From: Myxococcota bacterium
GTDB lineage: Bacteria; Myxococcota_A; UBA796; SXON01
DNA: 56,610 bases
NCBI GenBank assembly: GCA_040386535.1
Contig: JAZKFH010000009.1
Location: 337,396 to 394,005, forward strand
Reading direction: 5' to 3'
Each line of letters begins with the position of its first letter. Positions within the stretch are counted from its first letter, which is position 1. A program made the position numbers and the translations under genes. Below the pieces are notes generated by a model. It did no database searches and was not told the origin of the DNA. It worked only from the letters and a program-made list of their open reading frames with translations. Of the stretch, positions 27,914-36,077 are shown in pieces.

Positions 27914-28029
27914 CCGGGCCCCTCGCGGGGTCGGCCTCCGGCCTCCGTTGGCACGTCGCCGCCGCTCGCGCGGCGCCGGGTGCCGAACCGTCCGCGCCCG
28001 CGCGGCCGCCCGCCGGGTCCCTCGCGGGG
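27914..28029. repeat. Pair of 17-bp direct repeats, each a mini-hairpin (REP-like)
   Basis: ccgggcccctcgcgggg (27914-27930) vs ccgggtccctcgcgggg (28013-28029), 16/17 identical. Confidence 0.5.
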
Positions 28030-28063
28030 GTGTCGTGGTATGGTGCGCCGACCGGAGGCGAAC

Positions 28064-28267
28064 TTGGAACGTAAGTGTACCGCGTGTGGTTCCGCGAACG
28101 TCGAGTCAGCGATCCTCGAGGGGGCCGCCATTCGTCTGGAGCGTGCCAGCCTGAAGAAGAAAATCTTCAACGTAGGCGGCGCCATCAGTTGTGTCGCGTG
28201 CCTCGACTGTGGCGCGCTGACCAGCTTGCGCGGCGACCCCGCGAGCCTGGCCAAGATGGTGGAATAG
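28064..28267 (+). CDS. Small zinc-ribbon protein
   Basis: Extended -10 TGGTATGGT, GGAGG SD and TTG start. CTACGS...CVACLDCG Cys motifs. Confidence 0.7.
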   Translation: MERKCTACGSANVESAILEGAAIRLERASLKKKIFNVGGAISCVACLDCGALTSLRGDPASLAKMVE

Positions 28268-28385
28268 GGGCCTTTGCCAGGGGGTGGCACACTTGGCCGG
28301 TGTGGGGGCCGGGGCGCCCGGGAGGGTTTCGGCGATCCCCACCGAGCCGGAGAGGGAGCGCCGGTCGGGCGTCCACCGGGCCAAC

Positions 28386-28404
28386 CCTGACATCCTCCTG
28401 ACAT
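28386..28404. promoter_or_regulatory. Direct repeat CCTGACAT-N3-CCTGACAT (11-bp period), OmpR/PhoB-type box candidate
   Basis: Perfect 8-bp repeat one helical turn apart, ~45 bp upstream of the CotH gene. Confidence 0.45.
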
Positions 28405-28447
28405 GTAAGTCCGAGCGAGTTCTGCGCGCTCGGTACATGGTGCGCGC

Positions 28448-29833
28448 GTGAAGCCGCCCCCGCCCGCCCTCGTGACCCTGCTCCTGCCGTTGCTGGAGTT
28501 GCCCGCCTGTGTGAACACCCTCGGCGACAAGGCGGCCGATGACACGGCCGCGGACACCGCCGAGGTCATCGGGGACGCGGAGAGCGCGCCGCGCTTCGCG
28601 CACCTGCCCCTCCTGCGGATCGACGCCGCCGAGGCGATCGTGGACGGCGACAAGGTCGATGCCACGCTGGTCGTGGTCACCGACCACGACGGGACGCTCG
28701 CCGACGTCGGAGGGTTGACGCCCTCGCTCACGACGCCGATCGGGGTCGAGCTGCACGGCACGTCGTCGATGACACAACCCAAGTCAGGGTATCGGTTCGA
28801 GTGCCGGGACCATGCGGGCGAGGACACCAACTGTGCGCTGTTGGGCCTGCCGGCGGGGAGCGACTGGGTGTTGCACGCGCCGTACGCGGACAAGACCTAC
28901 ATGCGCAACGCGTTGGCCTATACGCTCGGCCGCGCGCTCGCGGTGCCGTCCGGGCGTTGGGAGCCCCGCTCGCAACACGTCGAGCTGCTGCTGAACGGCG
29001 CGTACGAGGGCATCTACCTGCTCGTGGAGCGCGTGTCGGGGGAGGGGAGCCGCCTCGACCTCCCTGAGCCCAGCGACCCGATCACCGGGGAGGCGACGGG
29101 CGCCTTCATCGTCAAGGTAGACCAGGCGCGCGGGCCCGGCTTCACCACGGCGCTCGGGACGCGCATGGACTGGGTGACCCCCGACATGGACGAGATGACG
29201 CCGGCAACCTGGGACTACGTCACGAGCGTGTTCGACGGGTTGGAGGCCGCGCTGAGTGGCCCGGGGTTCGCCGATCCGGACCACGGGTACGCCGCGTGGC
29301 TGGACGTCGACGCCTGGATCGACCATCAGCTCGTCAATGAGCTGGCCGCGAACGTGGACGCCTACCGGCTCTCCGCCTGCGTCCACGCGTCCGATCGTTC
29401 GGTCGATTCCCGCGTGCGCGCGGGCCCGTTGTGGGACTTCGACCGTGGCTTCGGTGGCACGGGCGACTGCGAGGCCCACGACGTGACGGGGTGGGTGCAC
29501 GAGACGGTCACGCGATGCGGGCACGGGGAGCTGCTCCCGTTCTGGTGGGCGCGGCTCCGCGACGATCCCGCGTACGAGCTGCGCCTGCGCGAGCGTTGGG
29601 GCGAGCTGCGTACCGGGGTGCTGGACGACGAAGCGCTGCGCGCGCGGATCGCGACGGTGTACGCCAGCCTCGCCGAGGCCGAGGTCCGCGACCACGCGCG
29701 GTGGCCCGTCATCGGGGTGGCCGTGCCGCCGGCCATCTACGTAGGGGAGACCTGGGGTGACGACGTGGCCTGGTTCGAGGCCTGGGTGCTCGACCGCGCC
29801 GCGTGGATGGACGGGGCCCTCCGGTTGAAGTGA
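28448..29833 (+). CDS. CotH kinase family protein (probable lipoprotein)
   Basis: HGTSS...PKSGY, LLGLP..SDWVLHAPYADKTYMRN, NG.YEGIYLLVE, NVDAYRLS and GPLWDFD motifs. Confidence 0.88.
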   Translation: MKPPPPALVTLLLPLLELPACVNTLGDKAADDTAADTAEVIGDAESAPRFAHLPLLRIDAAEAIVDGDKVDATLVVVTDHDGTLADVGGLTPSLTTPIGVELHGTSSMTQPKSGYRFECRDHAGEDTNCALLGLPAGSDWVLHAPYADKTYMRNALAYTLGRALAVPSGRWEPRSQHVELLLNGAYEGIYLLVERVSGEGSRLDLPEPSDPITGEATGAFIVKVDQARGPGFTTALGTRMDWVTPDMDEMTPATWDYVTSVFDGLEAALSGPGFADPDHGYAAWLDVDAWIDHQLVNELAANVDAYRLSACVHASDRSVDSRVRAGPLWDFDRGFGGTGDCEAHDVTGWVHETVTRCGHGELLPFWWARLRDDPAYELRLRERWGELRTGVLDDEALRARIATVYASLAEAEVRDHARWPVIGVAVPPAIYVGETWGDDVAWFEAWVLDRAAWMDGALRLK

Positions 29834-29856
29834 GAGTTACCGGTTAGCCGGTGCCT

Positions 29857-31434
29857 ATGCGTACGCTCACGACCGTCGCCGACGAGCTCGGCCTCTCCTC
29901 GGACCACGTCCTGCCCTGGGGCCCCGGCCGCGCCAAGATCGCGCCGGAGGCCGCGGGGCCGCCCGTCGGGAAGCTGGTGCTGGTCTCCGCGATCACGCCC
30001 ACCCTCGCGGGGGAGGGCAAGACCACGATGGCCATCGCGCTCGCGATGGGGCTGCGCCAGCGGGGGCATCGGGTCGCGCTGGCGTTGCGGCAGCCCTCGA
30101 TCGGGCCGGTGTTCGGGCGCAAGGGGGGCGGCACGGGCGGCGGGCGCGCCACGATCGAGCCGGCGGAGTCCATCAACCTCCACTTCACCGGCGACATGCA
30201 CGCCATCACCAGCGCGCACGACCTGCTCGCCTCGCTGGTGGACCACGCGGTGCAGCACGGCAAGGGGCCCGATCCGGCGCGGATCACGTGGCCGCGCGTG
30301 CTCGACCTGAACGATCGCGCGCTGCGACGCGTGCAGGTGGGGCTGGACGGCAAGGCGCCGCGCGAGAGCCGCTTCGACATCACCGCGGCGAGCGAGGTGA
30401 TGGCGGCGTTGTGCCTCGCGGAGGATCGTCTGGATCTCGAGGCACGGCTCGCGCGGCTCATCGTCGGCGAGGACCGCGACGGGCGCCCGGTGACCGCCGC
30501 CGATCTGCGCGCGGTGGGCGCGATGTCGGCCCTGCTGCTCGACGCCACGATGCCGAACCTCGTGCGGACCGCGGAGGGCGGCGCGGCGTTCGTCCACGGC
30601 GGGCCCTTCGCGAACATCGCCCACGGCTGCAGCTCGCGCATCGCGACCCGCATGGCGCTCGCGCACGCCGACATCGTGCTCACCGAGGCCGGCTTCGGGT
30701 TCGACCTCGGCGGCGAGAAGTACCTGGACATCAAGGCCCGCGCGGCCGGGTTGTGGCCCTCGCGCGTGGTGCTCGTCGCGACCGTGCGCGCGCTCCGCCA
30801 CCACGGCGGCGGCGACCTGGAGAAGGGCCTCGGGCAGCTCCACCACCACCTCGACGGCATCGCTCGGTTCGGCCTGGAAGCGGTGGTCGTGCTCAACCGC
30901 TTCAGCGACGACACGCCCGAGGACGTCGCCACGATCCGCGCCGCGTGTGACGCGCGCTCCGTCGGGTTCGCGCCGTGCGACGGCTTCGCCCACGGCGGGG
31001 AGGGCGCGCTCGAAGCCGCCGACGTGGTGGCCGACAAGCTCGCGCCCGCCGGCGAACCGCGCTGGCTCTACCCCCTCGAGGCAAACATCCCCGACAAGCT
31101 CGACGCCATCGTCCGCGCGCTGCACGGCGCCGCCGGCGTGCACCTCGAGGACGACGCGCTCCGCGACCTCGCCCGCATCGAGGCGCTCGGCGGTGGCGGC
31201 CTGCCCGTGTGCATCGCCAAGACCCCGCTCTCCCTCACCGACGATGCCCGGGTGCCCGGGGTGCCCTCCGGCCACACCCTGCGCGTCCGGGGCCTGCGCT
31301 TGCACGCCGGCGCCGGCTTCGTGGTGGCGCTCGCTGGCGACGTGCAGACCATGCCCGGCCTGCCGAAGGAGCCCGCCGCGTGGCGCATCCACGTCGACGC
31401 GGGAGGGCGGATTCGCGGGCTGATGCAGGGGTAG
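29857..31434 (+). CDS. fhs: Formate--tetrahydrofolate ligase
   Basis: AITPT.AGEGKTT, KGGGTGGG, INLHFTGDMHAI, FDITAASE, HGGPFANIAHG, EAGFG.DLG.EK and TMPGLPK motifs. Confidence 0.95.
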   Translation: MRTLTTVADELGLSSDHVLPWGPGRAKIAPEAAGPPVGKLVLVSAITPTLAGEGKTTMAIALAMGLRQRGHRVALALRQPSIGPVFGRKGGGTGGGRATIEPAESINLHFTGDMHAITSAHDLLASLVDHAVQHGKGPDPARITWPRVLDLNDRALRRVQVGLDGKAPRESRFDITAASEVMAALCLAEDRLDLEARLARLIVGEDRDGRPVTAADLRAVGAMSALLLDATMPNLVRTAEGGAAFVHGGPFANIAHGCSSRIATRMALAHADIVLTEAGFGFDLGGEKYLDIKARAAGLWPSRVVLVATVRALRHHGGGDLEKGLGQLHHHLDGIARFGLEAVVVLNRFSDDTPEDVATIRAACDARSVGFAPCDGFAHGGEGALEAADVVADKLAPAGEPRWLYPLEANIPDKLDAIVRALHGAAGVHLEDDALRDLARIEALGGGGLPVCIAKTPLSLTDDARVPGVPSGHTLRVRGLRLHAGAGFVVALAGDVQTMPGLPKEPAAWRIHVDAGGRIRGLMQG

Positions 31435-31447
31435 CCGGGAGCGTTCG

Positions 31448-34285
31448 CTACGGCTCCAACCGCGCGATCGCCGCCTTGACCTCTTTGCGAAACTCGCTCC
31501 ACTCCGTCGCCTCGTCGACGTGGTGGTAGCAGGCCGCGGCGAGCAGCGGCCCGTCGGCGGCGCCGCCCTTCTCGTACACGTGCGCGAGGAGCACGTACAG
31601 GGCGCTCGCCTCGGGGAACTCGGCGATGGCCGCCCGTAGATCGGCCACGAGCGCGGGATACCGCTCGGGATCGAGGCCCGCCGGGGTCAGGGCCTGGGTG
31701 AAGCGCCCCGCGAGGCTGGCCCGCACGTCGGCGTACGCGCGCGGGGCCTTGGCGAGGAACGGCTCCGCGATCACGACGAGGTCGGAGGCCCTGCCGACCG
31801 CCGCGAGGCCGGTGTAGACCTCGTCGCGGAGGTACACGTTCGTTGGCTCGAGGGCCAGCCAGGCCACGATCTCGGCGACCTTGCCGTTCTCGAGGAGCGC
31901 GTCGCGCCCGGTCCGCTCGGCCGCGTTCACCCGGGCCTGCACCGCGTCGAGGTCGACGCCGATCACCAGGGCTCGGCCGTCCAGCCGGTCGCGGATGGTG
32001 GTGGCGGGGTTCCACCACCCCTCGCTGTCGTAGAGCGTGGAGCGGACGAGCTCGAGGGGCAGGTAGCCCAGGGCGTGATCGTTGCTGGGCTCCAGATCGA
32101 TGCCGAGGGTGAGGTTGGTCTGCCCCTTGCCAGCCGCCCACGTGGCCTTCTGGGCGAGCAGGTAGTCGGTGAGAAGCGCGGAGAGCAGCAGGTACGCCTC
32201 CTGGCCCAGGGGGCCCTCACGGATGGCGTCGGCGAGCAGGCGATCGATGCCCTCCGCGTCGCGGGGGAGCGGCACGCCGACGCGTGCCTCGCTCGCGCGG
32301 CTCGCGGCCTCGACGAAGCGCCGGATGGTCGCCGGGTCGGCCATCACGCCCGTGGGGTTGGACGCAAGATTGAGGGTGCCGAGCGCCGCGACGGCCATCT
32401 GGCGGACGTGGGAGGTGGTGAGGGGGTCGAAGCGGGGGCCGTGGGCCGCGAGCGCGGCGGCGGGGACCCGCAGGCCGAGGAGGGTGTACTCCTCCGCGGG
32501 CACATCGGGCGGGTGCCACGTCGTGACCAGGAAGAGCTCGCCCGCCTCGAGCGGGAAGGCGGCGACGTGGCGGCCGCTCATGAGCAGGCTGCGCTCGCCG
32601 GTCCGCGTGATCCGGTAGACGCCCGCCGTCTGGTCCCGGGGCGCGCCCGTCACGACCCACCCGTCCGGGCCCGCGGCGACAGAGTTGACGGACTGCCACG
32701 CCCCGCCCAGCGTGCGCGTCGCGGCGGTGGTCAGGTCGACGATCACGAGCTCCGCGTCGTCGTAGGGGCGGTCGACGTGCGAGAGGGCCAAGAGGGCCTC
32801 GCCCCGGTCGACCACGAGGTCATCGACCCTGCGGTCACGCAGGTCGAGGAGGAACCGCTCCGTGCCCGCGTCGGCGCGCAGGAGCAGCCGTTGCCCCGTG
32901 GGGGCCGCGAGCGGAGCGAAGCCGGGCACCAGGCGGGCCTCCGGGGCGCGTACGAGGAGGAGCCCGTGCTCACCGGCGTCCGCCACGAGCTTCGCGGAGA
33001 ACGCGACGGGCTCGTCCTTCTCGCCCACGCGGCGCACCACGATCCCGTCCCCCACGGGCACGTACAGGCCGTCGGGCCGCGTCGCCGGGAGGCTGGGGGT
33101 CACCTCTTCCCCGAGGTCGAGCGTGGTGGTCGCGCCGTCCACCAGCGACATCACCGTCACCGAGCGGTAGCTCTGGGCGTACACGTCGGTCCCCGACAGG
33201 CGCCACGCGTTCGCGCGCGGGGCCACGCCAACCGAGCGGGAGGCCTCGAGGAGCGCCCGCTGCTGGGGCGCGAGGGGGATCGGGGTCGGTCTGGCCTCCA
33301 CCACGGGGAAGGCGTCGACGCGGGGGCGCTCCTCGACGTCGATCGTGCGGACGAGGGCCTCCCACAAGGCGCGTCGCGACGCGAACTTCCCGTAGGTGAC
33401 GAAGCGCACGTCGAGGAACACGCCCTCCGCCACTGGGATGACCGCCACGGCGGCGGAGAGCGGCGAGGCGGCCGCGGTCCCGTCCAGGAGGGCAACCCTC
33501 GCGGGGCGCCCGTCGATCACCAGATCGAAGCGCTCGGTGTGCTCGACCGACACCGTGAGGGAGCTGGCGGCCGCCACCGCGCCGTCGAGCAGCCCCTCGA
33601 GCCCCGTCTCGGAGCTCTCCAGGAGGAAGTAGACGGACAACATGTTGTCGGGAGAGGTGAGGCCCGCGAAGGCGTCCGACCGCGTCTCCTCGTCGATGGG
33701 GCCGAGCTGGTCCGGCGGGTAGGCAAAACGGATCTGGTGCCCGACGATCTCGTTCTCCTCGACCACCGGCGTCGCGAGGCGCGCCCACGCGCTGTCGGCG
33801 CCGGGCATGTGGAAGCGCCGGACGAGCTGCTTCCCCGCCCGACGCAGCTGGAGCGCCTGCTTTTCCGCGCTCCAGGTGAGCAGGAGATAGGCGAGCCCCC
33901 CGCGCGCGAAGATGTGCACGTCGTAGACGATGGAGATGCCGCGAACCTTGAGCTGCCACTGCTGCTCCGCGTGCAGGACGCCGCCTCGCTCCGCGACGTT
34001 CACCGGCGTGAGCGGCTTGCCGGCCTGGGACTCGAACGCCAGCGTCTGCTGCTTCATCCGGCGCCGCATGTCCTCCGCGTCGAGGAAGGTCCCCCGGATC
34101 TCGGTCACCGCCATGTAGAGCCCGGTGTCGTCGTGGAACTGGTCGGCGCCGAGCGCCGGCGCGATCACGTCCCGCTTCCAGCTCTCGTCCAGCTCGATGG
34201 ACGCGCCGAACGTCCCGACGGGCTCGACCACGTCGGCGCGCGCGATGGACGCAAAGAGCAGGAGACAGGGGATCAACGAGGGCAT
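31448..34285 (-). CDS. Large secreted multidomain hypothetical protein (beta-rich middle, TPR-like C-terminus)
   Basis: MPSLIPCLLLFASIARA signal peptide, normal amino-acid composition, helical C-terminus. Confidence 0.7.
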   Translation of the reverse strand: MPSLIPCLLLFASIARADVVEPVGTFGASIELDESWKRDVIAPALGADQFHDDTGLYMAVTEIRGTFLDAEDMRRRMKQQTLAFESQAGKPLTPVNVAERGGVLHAEQQWQLKVRGISIVYDVHIFARGGLAYLLLTWSAEKQALQLRRAGKQLVRRFHMPGADSAWARLATPVVEENEIVGHQIRFAYPPDQLGPIDEETRSDAFAGLTSPDNMLSVYFLLESSETGLEGLLDGAVAAASSLTVSVEHTERFDLVIDGRPARVALLDGTAAASPLSAAVAVIPVAEGVFLDVRFVTYGKFASRRALWEALVRTIDVEERPRVDAFPVVEARPTPIPLAPQQRALLEASRSVGVAPRANAWRLSGTDVYAQSYRSVTVMSLVDGATTTLDLGEEVTPSLPATRPDGLYVPVGDGIVVRRVGEKDEPVAFSAKLVADAGEHGLLLVRAPEARLVPGFAPLAAPTGQRLLLRADAGTERFLLDLRDRRVDDLVVDRGEALLALSHVDRPYDDAELVIVDLTTAATRTLGGAWQSVNSVAAGPDGWVVTGAPRDQTAGVYRITRTGERSLLMSGRHVAAFPLEAGELFLVTTWHPPDVPAEEYTLLGLRVPAAALAAHGPRFDPLTTSHVRQMAVAALGTLNLASNPTGVMADPATIRRFVEAASRASEARVGVPLPRDAEGIDRLLADAIREGPLGQEAYLLLSALLTDYLLAQKATWAAGKGQTNLTLGIDLEPSNDHALGYLPLELVRSTLYDSEGWWNPATTIRDRLDGRALVIGVDLDAVQARVNAAERTGRDALLENGKVAEIVAWLALEPTNVYLRDEVYTGLAAVGRASDLVVIAEPFLAKAPRAYADVRASLAGRFTQALTPAGLDPERYPALVADLRAAIAEFPEASALYVLLAHVYEKGGAADGPLLAAACYHHVDEATEWSEFRKEVKAAIARLEP

Positions 34286-34357
34286 CAGCGGCGGCCTCCC
34301 AGGGTGTCGGAACGCGGCACGGTACCAGATGGCGCGTAAAGACGCTAGATCCCCCTG

Positions 34358-35014
34358 ATGAACACCCTGCACATCGGCAATCGCAACTACTCCTCCTGGT
34401 CGCTGCGCCCTTGGCTCGTCCTCAAATGGGCAGGGATCCCGTTCACCGAGCACGTCATCCCGCTCGGCGGGGAGGGCTACGGGAAGGGCCGCATGCCCGC
34501 GGTGCGCGCGGTGAGCCCCACCGGGCTGCTACCCGCGCTGGCCCTCGCCGATCGGACGATCCCCGACTCGCTCGCCATCACCGAGTGGGCGTCCGAGCAG
34601 GCCCCGGGCGTGTGGCCGGCGGATCCGACGCGCCTCGAGGCCGCGCGCGCCGCCGTGACCGAGATGCACAGCGGCTTCGGCGCCTTGCGGCGCGACCTGT
34701 CGATGAACATCCGGCGCCGCTGCCTCGTCGAGGCGTGGCCCGACGACACGCGCGCCGACATCGCCCGCGCGGTCGAGCTCATCAGCAGCCTGCTCACGCG
34801 CTTCGGCGGCCCCTGGCTGGTGGGCGAGCGGTCTGCCGCCGACGCGTTCTATGCGCCCGTCGCCACGCGCTTCCGCACGTACGGCGTGGTCCTCCCGATC
34901 GACGTGCAGGCCTGGTGCGACACGGTCCTGGCGGACCCCGACTTCCGCGCCTGGGAGGCCGCCGCGCTGGTCGAGCACTGGACCCTCGCGAGCACGGACA
35001 AGCTCTGGGGCTGA
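34358..35014 (+). CDS. Glutathione S-transferase family protein
   Basis: IGNRNYSSWSLRPWL, SPTG..P.L, DSLAI.E, EMHSGF.ALR and ADAFYAPV..RF.TY motifs. Confidence 0.92.
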   Translation: MNTLHIGNRNYSSWSLRPWLVLKWAGIPFTEHVIPLGGEGYGKGRMPAVRAVSPTGLLPALALADRTIPDSLAITEWASEQAPGVWPADPTRLEAARAAVTEMHSGFGALRRDLSMNIRRRCLVEAWPDDTRADIARAVELISSLLTRFGGPWLVGERSAADAFYAPVATRFRTYGVVLPIDVQAWCDTVLADPDFRAWEAAALVEHWTLASTDKLWG

Positions 35015-35030
35015 TCACGGGCCGGGAGCG

Positions 35031-36077
35031 TCACCCCCCGAGCGGATCCGCGACACAGCGCGCCGCGATCGTGCCATTGAAGTCGTGCGGGTGTGTCAGC
35101 GCCGCCACGCTGCCGTGGCACGTGTCCGCCGACCCCGCGTAGAACGCGCAGCCGCGCTTGTCGGGCAGGGGCGCGCCGTCGTCTTCGAGCCGCACACCGA
35201 TGGCCCAGGGGCCGGTGGGGCGGGCCGGATCGATGGGGGCCGCCACGATGGGGAGGTAGGGCGGGGACCCGGACGGATGCGCCGAGAGGAACCCCGCGGG
35301 GAACATTCCGGCGGAGCCGACGCCGTCGGCCAGCTGGAGCGAGCCGTCCGCGGCGACGTGCAAGGCGTCCGGGCGCACGGCGTTCAGCACCAGCCGCAGG
35401 GCCCCGATCTTCCCTGCCTTCAATCGGACACGGTGGTCCTCCCCCCACTCCAACCGCAGCCCCTCGGCCCGCCGCGCGTCGAGCCACGCCGCGATGTCCA
35501 GGCGCTGCCCCGAGTCGGTCCACTCCCAGGCGTTTCCGAGCAGGTCGAAGGCGCCGAAGGGGCTGACACATCCCGGCTTGGATCCCGTGGCCAGCAGCGC
35601 GCCTCCCCCAGCGTGACCGCGCGCGTGCGCCCCGTCCCGATCGGGGACGTTGCACACCCCCGGCCGCGCGTCGCTGCCATACGGAAAGGCCTGCCCGCCG
35701 GGGCCGACCGTGCCGTCCAACGCGTCCTCCCATTCGCTCGCGAGCGGCATTCGTTTGTGCCCCACAGGAAGGCCCGCCGCGTCACGGACCACCGTTGCGG
35801 CGCAGGCGGCAGCGGCCTCGTCGTAGGTGACACCCACCGTCGGGACCACCCCGGCGCGGCTCACGGCGGCGCCGTCGACCACCTGGTCCTCGTAGGCGTC
35901 GATGCAGAAACGCGGCGCGTCTCGCGGCACGGGCACCATCTCCTCGGGGCAGGTGCCGCCGGGCAGGGGCGGGCCTGTCACGGGCACCGGTGTGGCCACC
36001 CGTGGGGGGAGGGGCGCACTGGTGGGGGAAGGTGACACGCACGCGGCGAGCAACCAAACCAACGTCACTCTCATCAT
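35031..36077 (-). CDS. FGE-sulfatase (SUMF1)-fold lipoprotein
   Basis: LLAAC lipobox and Pro/Thr linker. CPEEMV, FCIDAYE, EWE, FPYG, FDLLGNAWEW and C-terminal RC motifs. ATGA overlap with the upstream gene. Confidence 0.8.
   Translation of the reverse strand: MMRVTLVWLLAACVSPSPTSAPLPPRVATPVPVTGPPLPGGTCPEEMVPVPRDAPRFCIDAYEDQVVDGAAVSRAGVVPTVGVTYDEAAAACAATVVRDAAGLPVGHKRMPLASEWEDALDGTVGPGGQAFPYGSDARPGVCNVPDRDGAHARGHAGGGALLATGSKPGCVSPFGAFDLLGNAWEWTDSGQRLDIAAWLDARRAEGLRLEWGEDHRVRLKAGKIGALRLVLNAVRPDALHVAADGSLQLADGVGSAGMFPAGFLSAHPSGSPPYLPIVAAPIDPARPTGPWAIGVRLEDDGAPLPDKRGCAFYAGSADTCHGSVAALTHPHDFNGTIAARCVADPLGG

Noticed and set aside
29857..31434. fhs as evidence of a Wood-Ljungdahl pathway
   Set aside because: Stand-alone fhs is common in one-carbon metabolism, and no acs/cooS/metF/folD genes are nearby.
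35031..36077. Possible diversity-generating retroelement target (FGE/CLec fold)
   Set aside because: No reverse transcriptase and no template repeat differing at adenines were seen in the window.
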